Position numbers and translations under genes: made by a program
Origin: a virus
DNA length: 64,000 nucleotides
IMG/VR virus record: IMGVR_UViG_3300046779_000879
Coordinates: 1 to 64,000 of that record
Reading direction: 5' to 3' (one strand)
Shown here: positions 1-10,287 of the stretch, one piece after another
Layout: each line of letters begins with the position of its first letter
How positions within the stretch are numbered: position 1 is the first letter of the stretch
Notes under the pieces: generated by a model
Databases searched by the model: none
What the model was told of the DNA's origin: nothing
Seen by the model: the letters and a program-made list of their open reading frames with translations, nothing else

Positions 1-1348
1 TAATAGAAGGATCTGCACCATCAATAATCCTAGTCAACTTAGAGAATCTTAAAATGCTATCAAATCTTTCCAACTCAGTATCATTGTATTCCATAATTGC
101 ATCTTTAACTATGGTCTCTATTTGTGATGCTGTTTTAATGGTTTCTCTTGGGTTATAGTAAACATAAGAAGTTACTTTAACATTAAGATATTCTGGATCA
201 ATAATTTCTGGAAAAATAGAAACAATATTTCTAGGTTTTAAAATACTATATACATCTTCTTTTTGTAAGTTTGTTAGCTTGTCTGCGTCTTTTGGTTTAA
301 TACAAATATATGTTTTACCAAAAATAGGAGGGCTATTAACTTCACCACCCCAAACAGATACTGCTTGAGCTGGAGCAAAATTAGATAAAATTATAGATTT
401 ATAATCATCTGGAGTTACTACACGATTTTGCGCAGCATATATTTTTGGTGCATTAAATTTGATACTACTAATATCTTCCGCAACTGAACCACCTGATGCT
501 CTTTCTACAGTATTAACAGATAGGTTACTTCCTATTAAAGAAATCCCACCGTAAGTAAAGACGTTGCATGTATTTGGTGCTTCTAAACTAGAAACATAAT
601 AGTCTAGAGTGACAACATTACCAATATTTAATTGTTTACCAAAAACACCTTGGCCAAAAGAGATTTCGTAAAGACCATCATCAATCTCTTTAATAAAATA
701 AACTTTTGTAAGTTCATTAACATCAGTCAATGATTCAGCACGAGTAAAAACTTCAAATAAATCTGAATTGGCATTTTCTTGAACACGAACTGTTAAGGTG
801 TCAAGGTCTACATTTGCATTAGGAACGATGTAACGAATACCATTTGCAACAGTATATTTAAATTGAAGTGGTGTTCCTTCAATAATCGATAAGTTTGGAA
901 AGGTATAGTTACCTGAGATATTTCTACTTGTAGTAACTGCAGATCTATTATAGAATGTATAAGACTCACCATTAATACTGGTATTAAAGGGTTGATTGGC
1001 AGGAAGTGTTACAGTGACAGGACTAGAAGTTGGTGCGGTAATAGTAGCATTTACTATAGCCTTTGCACATTTAGCAGAACGTGGAACATATCCAAGCATT
1101 TTAGCCAAAGAAACCACTGAAGATCTTTTACTAGCAGAGTCTAAGAAAACTTCATTTACAGCTAAGTTGGTGTAAATAGCATTATAGTGAGTATTGTAAG
1201 CTAGTACATCGAGAAGAACGGAAAGTCCAGATCCTTCAAAGTCATAATCAGAAAACTCTGATTGCCCCTGTAAAAATGTTTTTAAGTTAGTTTTGATTGT
1301 GTCAAAATCTAAATCTGAAACAGTTATTCTTTTATTGGTGTTTGCCAT
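1..1348 (-). CDS. gp6: baseplate wedge subunit gp6 (3' end outside window)
   Basis: ATG at 1348; reads MANTNKRITVSDLDFDTIKTNLKTFLQGQSEFSDYDFEGSGLSVLLDVLAYNTHYNA..., the T4 gp6-type N-terminus; directly follows gp25. Confidence 0.92.
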   Translation of the reverse strand, partial: MANTNKRITVSDLDFDTIKTNLKTFLQGQSEFSDYDFEGSGLSVLLDVLAYNTHYNAIYTNLAVNEVFLDSASKRSSVVSLAKMLGYVPRSAKCAKAIVNATITAPTSSPVTVTLPANQPFNTSINGESYTFYNRSAVTTSRNISGNYTFPNLSIIEGTPLQFKYTVANGIRYIVPNANVDLDTLTVRVQENANSDLFEVFTRAESLTDVNELTKVYFIKEIDDGLYEISFGQGVFGKQLNIGNVVTLDYYVSSLEAPNTCNVFTYGGISLIGSNLSVNTVERASGGSVAEDISSIKFNAPKIYAAQNRVVTPDDYKSIILSNFAPAQAVSVWGGEVNSPPIFGKTYICIKPKDADKLTNLQKEDVYSILKPRNIVSIFPEIIDPEYLNVKVTSYVYYNPRETIKTASQIETIVKDAIMEYNDTELERFDSILRFSKLTRIIDGADPSI

Positions 1349-1741
1349 TTATCGTGTTCTCTCTAATGCTAGATCGAGAGTAATAGGTCTCTCGGTATTG
1401 ACTATTTTAAATTCTAATGTAATATAGACTGCGTTTAGATCTGCGGCATCGTTCACTCTAACATCTATAATTTGAACTCTAGGTTCAAAATTATTAATAA
1501 CATCTATAATTGCACGCTGAAGCATAACATCAAACATTGGACCTGGAAGTTCAAACATCAATGATCTAATAGGAGAACCAATTTCACTATGGAATGGTCT
1601 CTCAAAGTTTCTGGTCAATAGAAGATTTTTAATGGATGCTTTAATAGCATTCTCGTCATATCTACGAGTTATGTCCCTACTCACTGGGTGTTTAGTAAAA
1701 TTAAGGTCGATGTCGGAGAAAAGTCTTGTATTTCTTGTCAT
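1349..1741 (-). CDS. gp25: baseplate wedge subunit gp25
   Basis: FSDIDLNF..HP..AIKASIKNLLLT..ERPF..IG..FEPRV, gp25/GPW family motifs. Confidence 0.93.
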   Translation of the reverse strand: MTRNTRLFSDIDLNFTKHPVSRDITRRYDENAIKASIKNLLLTRNFERPFHSEIGSPIRSLMFELPGPMFDVMLQRAIIDVINNFEPRVQIIDVRVNDAADLNAVYITLEFKIVNTERPITLDLALERTR

Positions 1742-1746
1742 ATTCT

Positions 1747-1753
1747 TATTTAG
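1747..1753 (-). promoter_or_regulatory. T4-type late promoter (CTAAATA), 5 nt before the gp25 ATG
   Basis: Variant of T4 TATAAATA that recurs before many genes in this window. Confidence 0.65.
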
Positions 1754-1754
1754 G

Positions 1755-2057
1755 TTATTCTATAAAAGAGTTGGGAGATCCTTCGCCGATTGCATCCCCA
1801 CATGCAATATTATCGCCAATTCTTGCAGCCAATTTACCTTCTATAAAAGTCTTACTAGCTCCAGAAGACGGAGATCTAGTTGATCCTGCATGCGTGACAA
1901 GACCACATGTATGAGGTGCGTGTAGGCAACTACTATCTACCACAGACGCTAGTTTTCCATTAAAAAAGGTTTTTGCTACTGGTGTAGATACCAAAGCAGT
2001 CGGAGGGAAACATCCGTGCCCTGTACTCATATCTCCGATTCTACTTACCGCTGGCAT
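1755..2057 (-). CDS. PAAR spike-tip protein (gp5.4-like)
   Basis: MPAVSRIGDMSTGHGCFPP...AARIGDNIACG..I..GS; lies downstream of gp5. Confidence 0.92.
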   Translation of the reverse strand: MPAVSRIGDMSTGHGCFPPTALVSTPVAKTFFNGKLASVVDSSCLHAPHTCGLVTHAGSTRSPSSGASKTFIEGKLAARIGDNIACGDAIGEGSPNSFIE

Positions 2058-2500
2058 TATACTGTATATCCTACAAATGTTTGTAAACTAGTTTTACCAG
2101 CTGTCCAATCATTAGTTACAGTTTTAGTGTAATTTTGAGTAGCAACTATGGTTTCTCCATCTTTAGCTACTGCAGTATATGTAAACACTTTAGAGCGAAC
2201 GGTAGACGCTTTATATGAAACCATTTGATAAAGTTTATTTAAATTTATCTGATTAAATTTTGTAACAACTGGAAACTGTCCATCGTCTGTTCTATATGTT
2301 ATGATATTATCGAATGAATCTGTATAATAACCATTTATACTATTTGCAGAAATAACAATAGTTAATGGATTAATCTCTACTGGGATTATAGTAACTGGAT
2401 ATTCTTCCATACTGTCGTCATCGATGTAAGTGAAAGAATGAGAAATATTAACATTCTCATTTACTGATCCTAAATCGACCTCAGATGGTGTCCAAGCCAT
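2057..2500 (-). CDS. hypothetical baseplate-associated protein
   Basis: 147 aa ORF coupled between gp5 and PAAR. Confidence 0.65.
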   Translation of the reverse strand: MAWTPSEVDLGSVNENVNISHSFTYIDDDSMEEYPVTIIPVEINPLTIVISANSINGYYTDSFDNIITYRTDDGQFPVVTKFNQINLNKLYQMVSYKASTVRSKVFTYTAVAKDGETIVATQNYTKTVTNDWTAGKTSLQTFVGYTV

Positions 2501-5500
2501 TATGCACTCTTAGGTGGAATATTTTCAACCAACACAAATCCAGTTGGTATACCAGCAGTGTTACGTTTATATGTCGAATCATTGACCATTGTAAATGCCA
2601 TTTTTCTAGAACCCTTCGGTCTGTATGATACGTGAATCCACACAGACGACGGATGCCGATATTCTAAAATTAACTGGTCGTATGGAAGAATTCTTTCCAA
2701 CTTTTGAATAAGTTCATACGTTTTGGTAGGATCTCTTCCTACCAATTGAATATCAAGAGCTAGTCCCTTGCAGTGATCAGAAGTTGGCGATTCAACCCCA
2801 AGAAGACCCTTTAATCTATATCCAGAAGTGATCAACCACTGAGTTTTATATCCACCGATACCACCTGGAAGAACATCCAGCATTGGTTCAAGAATGTTCT
2901 GTGCGGTTTGAGCAAGATTACATACAATTTCTTGAACTGTGTAAAGACGTTCTGGAGAAGTCTTAGTTTCTTTAAGCATCTGATCAACCAGCCGATGTTT
3001 GCCACCAACACCACCATCAATTAACATTCCAAGAGTAAAGTTTTTAGACATTCTAAAGTCATTTGAGAATTCTTTTCTTGCGTAGATAATATCGCAATTT
3101 ACTGGAACGTCAGTTTTAGAACCACCAGTTGGAGCAGGTGCTTCTTCTGTAGCAACTGGTGGTGGTGCTCCAACAACACCTTCTGTCCTGGCTTGTTGAG
3201 CAGATGCAGCACGACCCTCTGGTGTTTCAAAGTCATCTGGAGTTTCAGCTGTAGTTTTTTCTTCAAACTCACGCTCTGGTGGAATTGCAAACGGCACGAT
3301 CGGACTTAAACCAACTGTTGCTTCTGGTGGGGTTAGTGGAACATCTTCTACATCTTGAGCACCAGATGCTCCATTACCAAACTGACCTTGTGAATAATCC
3401 ATACGGGTTTCGCCACCACTTAGGTAGTTTGCTGCACCTTCAGCTTCTTGATTGATTGTAGAACCTTTGACATTCATGGCACCAACAGCCTGAGTGTTTA
3501 AAGCACCCTGAGATTTTGTATTAATATTAGCTGCATCAATAGAGTAGTCACCAGCAACTTTAACTTTAAAATCTCCACCGACTGCCATGGTCACATCAGT
3601 ACCAACACCAATGTCTAGATTATTACCAACTTTAATAGTTGCGTTTTGATCAACTTGAATGTTTGCGTCTGTTCTTGCATAAATGTTTGTATTGCCATCA
3701 ACCGTAATATTACACTCACCTCTTACACTAATACATCCATTCTTTTCCATAAGAACAAAGTTATCGCCAATAATATAGTTTACTTGTGTTCCATTAGTAT
3801 CAATCTCATGAAATGTTCCAGAGCGATGATAAGTGTGAATACGTTCGTGTCCTGGAGTATCATCAAACTCTTGAACGTGACCAGCTTCTGTTTCAAAAAC
3901 TTTATTAAATGGATATTTTGCTCCATATGGTGCTTGAGGTTGATCCCATGAACCAAGATCTAATGCACGAGGAACAGCACGAACTCGCAGAGCGTCTTTT
4001 TTCTTAACAACCGTACCTTCAATAATACCACGTGCCAAACGATTTGTGTCTGGTTCACCAATATATTCTTTTAAAGGGTATTTACTATTTGGATCTCTAA
4101 AACCAGTATTATCTGCACCTGAACGAACAGATTCTTCTGATGGTCTAGGTGTAGAATCTCCATCTGCTGGAGGAGTTGCTACTGGTGCACCTGCGTCTTT
4201 TTCTTCTCCACCAGTACCAGATTTGCCGTAAAAGTATTCATAGTAGTTTTGCTTTAACGCTGCAATATCTGGTGTGTTTACACCAACTGCTTTTTTAGCT
4301 GCAAGAAAGTATCCTGGATGTGCAGATGGCGCAACACCTTTAACACGATCCTTAAAATATAATGCAGCTACCAAAGCAGATACGTTAATATCATTGTCTA
4401 GAGAATCTGGGTTATTAACGATATCAAGATTTAAACCCATCTCATTGGCAAGTTTTTGATATCTTGCATAGTTTGCTTTACCAGTTAACTGAATAAATCC
4501 ACGACCAAAATACTTACCACCATCAGCATCTGTTTGATTACCTAAGAATCCCTTACCACGTTTTGTTGGACCATATGCCCATGAGAAAAACTGCTCACGT
4601 GTAACTCCCTTTTTACTTGCATCAGAATATGTTGCAATATCTTCTGGAGTAGCAAATGAATAAACCTGCTTCATACGATTAGAAGAATAATTAAATGATT
4701 CTAACTGAGGAATCCAACGTGACTCACCGCCAGCGATACCTAGCAACGCACACTTCTGTTCACGTGTTGTTAATCCAACTTTATCACAAGCTGCAATTAA
4801 TGCTTTAATACCTGCTTCAGATTTAGATGCACTCGGTGATGATTTTGGGGGAGGAATTGTTGGTATCGCAGTATTAGTCGCTGATGGTTTTACTTTATCT
4901 GGTTCAGCATTACCTGTCGTAATAACTGTACCATCACCACTAACAACTGGATTACCGCTACCATCAGTTAATACATTTTGTATTTTACTTGCATTTACTG
5001 CAGCAAGATTGGTTGGAGCATCATCAAAAGATAAAATATTTTCAGTGTAATTCGTAACTGCATTGCTAATAGTAATTTGAGTTCCACTATCAATAGAAAC
5101 AATAAATGTACCCTCAGGTAAATCAAAACCAAACACTTTCATGTTTGCTTTTAAAGGTGCAGTCAAATCAGTTGCACCTGTTTCTGGATCATATAATGTT
5201 AATTGTTTACCAGTTACTGGTCCAGAAATAGTTCTTAATTTTAAATTAATAATTTTTGGCGACGCACCAATTGGACCGCTGTCATCTGCATCTGGTGGAA
5301 TCGGTATTGATGGAATACCACCAACTGTACCAACAATAATTGGTTGTTGTTGTTCGCTATCAGCAAACATAATAATAACAGCAGTTCCTTCAACTGGACC
5401 AATTGGAGAATATCCAATACCATTCATTGCTGCAGAAGTTACTGGCTGAACAGGAGTCGCCCAAGGTAAATCTGTAGTTGGCAAATATGATTTGTCATGA

Positions 5501-5586
5501 GTGTGTAAACCTACCACTCTAACTTGACAACGACCAAGTCTTAAAGGATCTTGTCTATTTTCGACTACGCCATAGTAAAAGTTCAT
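2500..5586 (-). CDS. gp5: baseplate hub/tail spike gp5 with a GH19 lysozyme domain and a C-terminal M15-type peptidase
   Basis: OB-fold N-terminus GVVENRQDPLRLGRCQVRVVGLH; GH19 motif DGGKYFGRGFIQLTGKANY; gp5 motif YPFNKVFETEAGHVQEFDDTPG; beta-helix repeats; M15 motifs SGYR, SDHCKGLALD, WIHVSY. Confidence 0.9.
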   Translation of the reverse strand: MNFYYGVVENRQDPLRLGRCQVRVVGLHTHDKSYLPTTDLPWATPVQPVTSAAMNGIGYSPIGPVEGTAVIIMFADSEQQQPIIVGTVGGIPSIPIPPDADDSGPIGASPKIINLKLRTISGPVTGKQLTLYDPETGATDLTAPLKANMKVFGFDLPEGTFIVSIDSGTQITISNAVTNYTENILSFDDAPTNLAAVNASKIQNVLTDGSGNPVVSGDGTVITTGNAEPDKVKPSATNTAIPTIPPPKSSPSASKSEAGIKALIAACDKVGLTTREQKCALLGIAGGESRWIPQLESFNYSSNRMKQVYSFATPEDIATYSDASKKGVTREQFFSWAYGPTKRGKGFLGNQTDADGGKYFGRGFIQLTGKANYARYQKLANEMGLNLDIVNNPDSLDNDINVSALVAALYFKDRVKGVAPSAHPGYFLAAKKAVGVNTPDIAALKQNYYEYFYGKSGTGGEEKDAGAPVATPPADGDSTPRPSEESVRSGADNTGFRDPNSKYPLKEYIGEPDTNRLARGIIEGTVVKKKDALRVRAVPRALDLGSWDQPQAPYGAKYPFNKVFETEAGHVQEFDDTPGHERIHTYHRSGTFHEIDTNGTQVNYIIGDNFVLMEKNGCISVRGECNITVDGNTNIYARTDANIQVDQNATIKVGNNLDIGVGTDVTMAVGGDFKVKVAGDYSIDAANINTKSQGALNTQAVGAMNVKGSTINQEAEGAANYLSGGETRMDYSQGQFGNGASGAQDVEDVPLTPPEATVGLSPIVPFAIPPEREFEEKTTAETPDDFETPEGRAASAQQARTEGVVGAPPPVATEEAPAPTGGSKTDVPVNCDIIYARKEFSNDFRMSKNFTLGMLIDGGVGGKHRLVDQMLKETKTSPERLYTVQEIVCNLAQTAQNILEPMLDVLPGGIGGYKTQWLITSGYRLKGLLGVESPTSDHCKGLALDIQLVGRDPTKTYELIQKLERILPYDQLILEYRHPSSVWIHVSYRPKGSRKMAFTMVNDSTYKRNTAGIPTGFVLVENIPPKSA

Positions 5587-6863
5587 TATTTACCTTTATT
5601 CATATCGATTTGTGAAGAATCTTTAATCACTTCCATAACACACTCGTGTTTTTCTCTATCAATATAGTGATTAATAGCTGCAATAATATAGTAACCAGAA
5701 AACATTTTATCTGTGACGTCTTCGTCTTTATCTGAAACTGGTTCTATCTTATTTAATACTACTGCAATTTTTTGACCAACAGTATAATCTGCTCTACCAG
5801 GAACTGTTATCTCTAGCTTGTTAGCTTGAGCCAACTTCATTAATGAATTTCTTTCTTGAATTGTTCTTGTATTAGTAACATCACCAAATCCAGAATGGTT
5901 AGCAAACGCTCTTTGTTCAGTTATAATTAAAGCATTATTTCTAAAAATAGATTTATCAGAATTGATTGGAAAAATATTTAAGTGTTTCTGTTGATCAAAT
6001 CTTTGAAACATATTATAATTTTTAGAGGTATATGATTTCTTTGTGACATCATATGTTATCATTTTAGAAGACAGCATACCAGAACGAATACGATCTATGT
6101 AATCAAATCCCGTTGGAATACTAATTGATATAATTCTTTTATAGTCTTCTTGTACGTTTCTTACACTACCACCACCTGGAAGATCGTCACGAGTATATTT
6201 GTCGTAAGTAAATTCTTGGAATGTGCTATTTGAATACAATGACTCTAAACTAACAAAATAAAAACCATCTCTATTTTGAAAAAATATGTAATCTGGAGTT
6301 TTGTTTACATTAATAGCAGTATCAGCTAAGTACATAATGTTCTGCACTGGACTCCAAAAATTAGAAGTATACTTAGTTGAATTAATAGTTGGTTCGATGT
6401 TAAATGGTTTTATGCTTTCTAATCCATTAGTTCTACCACTAACAAACTGCTCAACCAAGTCAGATACTTTACCTGTAAATGTTTGACTAATCTTTTTATT
6501 TAAATCAGGAAGAGCTTCAATTGATATAAAATGCAATTGATAAACGACAGAACGATCGCCAAGCAATTCTCTGTTGCTTAGTTTGTAAATATAAAAAGTG
6601 CCTTTGATATTATTTTTTTGCAGAGTCGGAGTTCTAATTTCTAACTCTAAGTATTCTTCTCCAATAAATGGAAAAAGATTAATAAGATCTAAAGATTCTT
6701 TTAGAATTAAACTACCAGTAATAAATGGCGAAAACAAATCTTCATACATTTGTACGGTAATTACTTGACCTCCAACATCTTGATAAAAACCAGATGGTGT
6801 GATAACCCTTACTTTGTCAAGTATTACTTCGCCAGCAAATTTTAACTTCTCACCTGATTGCAT
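5586..6863 (-). CDS. baseplate hub protein (gp27-like)
   Basis: MYEDLFSPFITG..FPFIGEEYL..; C-terminal VPGRADYTVG..SGYYII..INH; position between gp53 and gp5. Confidence 0.7.
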   Translation of the reverse strand: MQSGEKLKFAGEVILDKVRVITPSGFYQDVGGQVITVQMYEDLFSPFITGSLILKESLDLINLFPFIGEEYLELEIRTPTLQKNNIKGTFYIYKLSNRELLGDRSVVYQLHFISIEALPDLNKKISQTFTGKVSDLVEQFVSGRTNGLESIKPFNIEPTINSTKYTSNFWSPVQNIMYLADTAINVNKTPDYIFFQNRDGFYFVSLESLYSNSTFQEFTYDKYTRDDLPGGGSVRNVQEDYKRIISISIPTGFDYIDRIRSGMLSSKMITYDVTKKSYTSKNYNMFQRFDQQKHLNIFPINSDKSIFRNNALIITEQRAFANHSGFGDVTNTRTIQERNSLMKLAQANKLEITVPGRADYTVGQKIAVVLNKIEPVSDKDEDVTDKMFSGYYIIAAINHYIDREKHECVMEVIKDSSQIDMNKGK

Positions 6864-7354
6864 TATAAAGAGTCTTTAAAGTTTTTAAGAATTGTGTCAA
6901 TTAACTGTGGTGCTATAATTTTAATTCTACGTTTTGATTCGTTAAGATTTCGTTCATATTGAGCAAAAGAAACTGGAACTGCACCTGGAGCATTAGAGTT
7001 AACTATAAACCCATCTGCATTTACATAATGTTTAACATTATTAGCAGTAGCACCGTAAACATCTTCAATATGTCTAGCCAGTTGTTGTTCTGGTAGAGGA
7101 AAGTCAGTTAAGTAATCATACCTATCGTTGGCAAGCATAATGATCCAATGATATTCTGCATTACCGTAAATCATTTCTGCAATAATTTCAGGAGTTTCTC
7201 CATCCACAATATCATACTCATCATAATAAGTTATGGAAGATAACACTTCTTTACGAAACCTTATGTTTCTAGTTATATCTGTAACTACAGAAGTTTTGTT
7301 GGTTGTTCCGTAGTTAAAGTCATACAGAAACTTTGGAAAATCTTTAAAATACAT
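6863..7354 (-). CDS. gp53: baseplate wedge subunit gp53
   Basis: MYFKDFP..YDIVDGETPEIIAEMIYG..YHWIIMLAN..YERNLNESKRRIKII. Confidence 0.9.
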   Translation of the reverse strand: MYFKDFPKFLYDFNYGTTNKTSVVTDITRNIRFRKEVLSSITYYDEYDIVDGETPEIIAEMIYGNAEYHWIIMLANDRYDYLTDFPLPEQQLARHIEDVYGATANNVKHYVNADGFIVNSNAPGAVPVSFAQYERNLNESKRRIKIIAPQLIDTILKNFKDSL

Positions 7355-8505
7355 TATAAACCATCCTGGATTTTATCTTTAGTAAGAAGGGCAAGTTCAC
7401 GGAATGTCATCTGTACATTAATTTGTGTTGGCATACCATCCTCAAATGTATTAAATGTTCCGTTAGGTGTATAGTTGATACTCATCTCCGTCAATACACA
7501 AGATGTATGACGATGTATATTTAAGTTTTCTTTTCCATTTTGATAGTAAAAAATATCAAATTCAGAGGGATAAATGTAAAGAAAATTATTAGCATCTTTA
7601 AACTCTGGATGCATATGATATTTAAACTGGTAAATAATCTGTTTAACATTTTCAGCTTCGATTGAATCACGTGGAAAAAATTGATACTCAAGTGAGAATG
7701 TTCTAAAATCTACACCACCAAATATCTGTTCTTTTTTAGGGTTTGCAGCTAAACCAGTAGCAGCAGAATTTGCATCTTTAAATGGACCCTTAGACAAAGC
7801 TGCATTTGCTCCAATCGCAGCTGCTAGTGATGCTGAATCTTTGGCAGCTTGAGTTCTACCATTACCTTGGTTCAATGCTTTAGCGATTTCTTCACCTTGA
7901 TTTAATGTGGCTGCAGCTGCAGCTAGTGCAAAGGTATCTTGCTCACCATACTGCATACCATAACGAATTTGTAATTGATTTGGTACGTGTAAAGCAATGG
8001 CAGTTTTTAATCTTCGTTGAGCACGTGAAGCAGTAACTGCGTTTGCTGCAACTGCACCAGCACCAATAGTGGATAATCCAGCAACCTTAGTTGCACCTGT
8101 TATCCTAGTTCCTCCACCACCTGCTGGTCTTTTAGATGTGAATAAATTATCTCCACCAGCTTTGTTTGCAATAGCTGCTGCACCAAAATTTAATCCAGCA
8201 TTTGCAGCAAGTAACTTACCAGTTGTTAAATTCTGTGCTATTAAATCACCACGATCTCTCGGAGTTAAATCCTCTACAAATTCAACACCGCTGTTTGGCT
8301 GTGCTAACTTAGAGTCTACCTGTACATTAATATAAAAGATAACATAATTTCCACCATATTGACCAGTACTATCAATTAAATCTCGTGGATAAGAATGTCT
8401 TTCTACTGAATACTTAGTGCTCATCATACCTGCAGCACCCCTACGACCATAAAGATTTTCTATTGGTGTAGGTGGGGTTCCTGGTTTCCCTGTATTAATT
8501 GCCAT
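7354..8505 (-). CDS. gp48: baseplate tail-tube cap gp48
   Basis: NPKKEQIFGGVDFRTFSLEYQFFPR..E..II..FK..MHP; CVLTEMSINYTP..F.E. Confidence 0.85.
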   Translation of the reverse strand: MAINTGKPGTPPTPIENLYGRRGAAGMMSTKYSVERHSYPRDLIDSTGQYGGNYVIFYINVQVDSKLAQPNSGVEFVEDLTPRDRGDLIAQNLTTGKLLAANAGLNFGAAAIANKAGGDNLFTSKRPAGGGGTRITGATKVAGLSTIGAGAVAANAVTASRAQRRLKTAIALHVPNQLQIRYGMQYGEQDTFALAAAAATLNQGEEIAKALNQGNGRTQAAKDSASLAAAIGANAALSKGPFKDANSAATGLAANPKKEQIFGGVDFRTFSLEYQFFPRDSIEAENVKQIIYQFKYHMHPEFKDANNFLYIYPSEFDIFYYQNGKENLNIHRHTSCVLTEMSINYTPNGTFNTFEDGMPTQINVQMTFRELALLTKDKIQDGL

Positions 8506-8519
8506 TCTAGTCCTTTACC

Positions 8520-8563
8520 CTAAATAAAAGTGGTGTTATTTATTTTCCTATTACTTATTTATG
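8520..8563. promoter_or_regulatory. overlapping divergent late promoters for gp4 (+, CTAAATA 8520-8526) and gp48 (-, CATAAATA 8556-8563)
   Basis: Late-promoter motifs on both strands in the divergent gap. Confidence 0.6.
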
Positions 8564-9004
8564 TTCCATAAAAGAAAGTTTGTTCCAATATTTCCAGAAA
8601 AATACACAGGAGACCCAACTAACATTATCATGAGATCTAGTTGGGAAACTATGTTCGCATCTTGGTGTGATAAAAACCCTAGTATTATAAAGTGGAATTC
8701 AGAGGAAACGATTATACCCTATCGTTGTCCTACGGATAATAACATTCATCGATATTTTGTAGACTTTAAAATACAAGTAAGGTCTAAAGACTCTTCTTTA
8801 AAAACCTATCTGGTAGAGGTAAAACCCCAAAAACAGACAGTGGCTCCAGTGTATCCTGGAAAACAAACTCAACGATACCTAACAGAGTCCCTAACTTTTA
8901 TGAAAAATAAAGCTAAATGGGCAGCTGCAGTGGAGTATGCCAAAGATCGAGGATGGGAGTTTAAGATTATAACTGAACACGAGTTGGGTTTGGCACCTAA
9001 ATAA
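8561..9004 (+). CDS. gp4: head completion nuclease gp4
   Basis: PEKYTGDPTNIIMRSSWE..WNSEE..IPY..HRYFVDF..LVEVKP..NKAKWAAA..ITE. Confidence 0.92.
   Translation: MFHKRKFVPIFPEKYTGDPTNIIMRSSWETMFASWCDKNPSIIKWNSEETIIPYRCPTDNNIHRYFVDFKIQVRSKDSSLKTYLVEVKPQKQTVAPVYPGKQTQRYLTESLTFMKNKAKWAAAVEYAKDRGWEFKIITEHELGLAPK
8997..9003 (+). promoter_or_regulatory. late promoter (CTAAATA), 6 nt before the gp2 ATG
   Basis: Recurrent late motif. Confidence 0.6.
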
Positions 9005-9009
9005 CTAAT

Positions 9010-9600
9010 ATGGCAAAACTAAAAGACGTTTTTGAGCGAAATCAGTACGACCTCTTAACAGCAGTTAAGAAATCTCGTGCATGGTTTGAACAGCAAGTAC
9101 TCTTAATAAGTAGGCAACAAATCACACCTCAAAGAGTTCTTCAGGGCAATCCAGAACAATTAACAACTAGAGTTATGCCTGGATTTTTGTATATGTTTGC
9201 ATACGATCCAAAGGGTAAAGCAGAACTTCCATATTATGATAGATTCCCATTAGTTCTTCCGTTTCGTAAAACACCAGATGGATTTATTGGGTTAAATCTA
9301 CACTACTTACCATATCAATTACGTATTACGCTTCTTGATAATTTATTAGTGTTTAAAAATAACGCTAAGATAGATGAAACTACTAAAATTAAGTATTCAT
9401 GGGCACTCATCGATGGAGTCTCAAAATACGCTGCAGCAAAACCCTGCGTGAAGCAATATCTTACTGGTCATGTTAGATCTCAATTTAGACAGATAAACTC
9501 TAATGATTGGGCGACCGCTATGTTACTTCCAGTTGAAAGATTCGTGGGAGCAAGCAAACAAGAAATCTGGGCAGAGTCCAGAAAGATAATGAGAAAATAA
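9010..9600 (+). CDS. gp2: DNA end protector gp2
   Basis: MFAYDPKGKAELPYYDRFPLV..GLNLHYLP..R..KPCVKQYL..HVRS. Confidence 0.92.
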   Translation: MAKLKDVFERNQYDLLTAVKKSRAWFEQQVLLISRQQITPQRVLQGNPEQLTTRVMPGFLYMFAYDPKGKAELPYYDRFPLVLPFRKTPDGFIGLNLHYLPYQLRITLLDNLLVFKNNAKIDETTKIKYSWALIDGVSKYAAAKPCVKQYLTGHVRSQFRQINSNDWATAMLLPVERFVGASKQEIWAESRKIMRK

Positions 9601-10287
9601 ATGCTTAAAGATTTTATATCACAAATTAAAAAGGGTGCGTTAGCTAGAAACAATAGATACGCTGTGCTTTTTACAACCCCAGAAAAAATTAATCCTGCTG
9701 ATCTTAGAACAGTTTTATTGTTTTGTGATCAAATCCAATTACCAGGTGTTAATTATTCAACAGTTCAAAATAGAACATTCGGTGAATTTAGAGAAACACC
9801 TTATGAAAAATTATATGATAACTTATCCATGTCTTTTTATGTAGATAATGAAATGAAAGTTAAATCGTTATTTGACGACTGGATTGGTATTATTCAAGAT
9901 CCAGAAAAAAGAACATTTAGTTATTATAATGATTATACTTCAAAAATGACTATTGAGGTTCAGGATCTTCAAAATAATACACGTTATGAAATGACTTTGT
10001 GGGAATGTTATCCAAAAAATATTGGTTCAATTCAAATGGATTATGCCAATAAAGAATATATGAAAATGCAAGTAACTATGCAGTACAAGTATTGGACTTC
10101 TACACCAGTTAGCACTCTAGCAAATGGACAAAAGATTCCAACAAACTTTATTGATAAATTCACTCAAAACTTCACTGGATTCCAGCGACAGTTAAACGGA
10201 GTTATCGGTGAACGTGCTGGTAATTTCGTAACAGGTGCTTTAGGTTCTGCTGTTGTGACTAAACTTCCAGGATTATTAAGGTTCTAA
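9601..10287 (+). CDS. tail tube initiator / gp54-gp19-like protein
   Basis: GALARNNRYAV..LFCDQIQLPG..FDDW..LWECYPKNIG..QVTMQYKYW. Confidence 0.75.
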   Translation: MLKDFISQIKKGALARNNRYAVLFTTPEKINPADLRTVLLFCDQIQLPGVNYSTVQNRTFGEFRETPYEKLYDNLSMSFYVDNEMKVKSLFDDWIGIIQDPEKRTFSYYNDYTSKMTIEVQDLQNNTRYEMTLWECYPKNIGSIQMDYANKEYMKMQVTMQYKYWTSTPVSTLANGQKIPTNFIDKFTQNFTGFQRQLNGVIGERAGNFVTGALGSAVVTKLPGLLRF

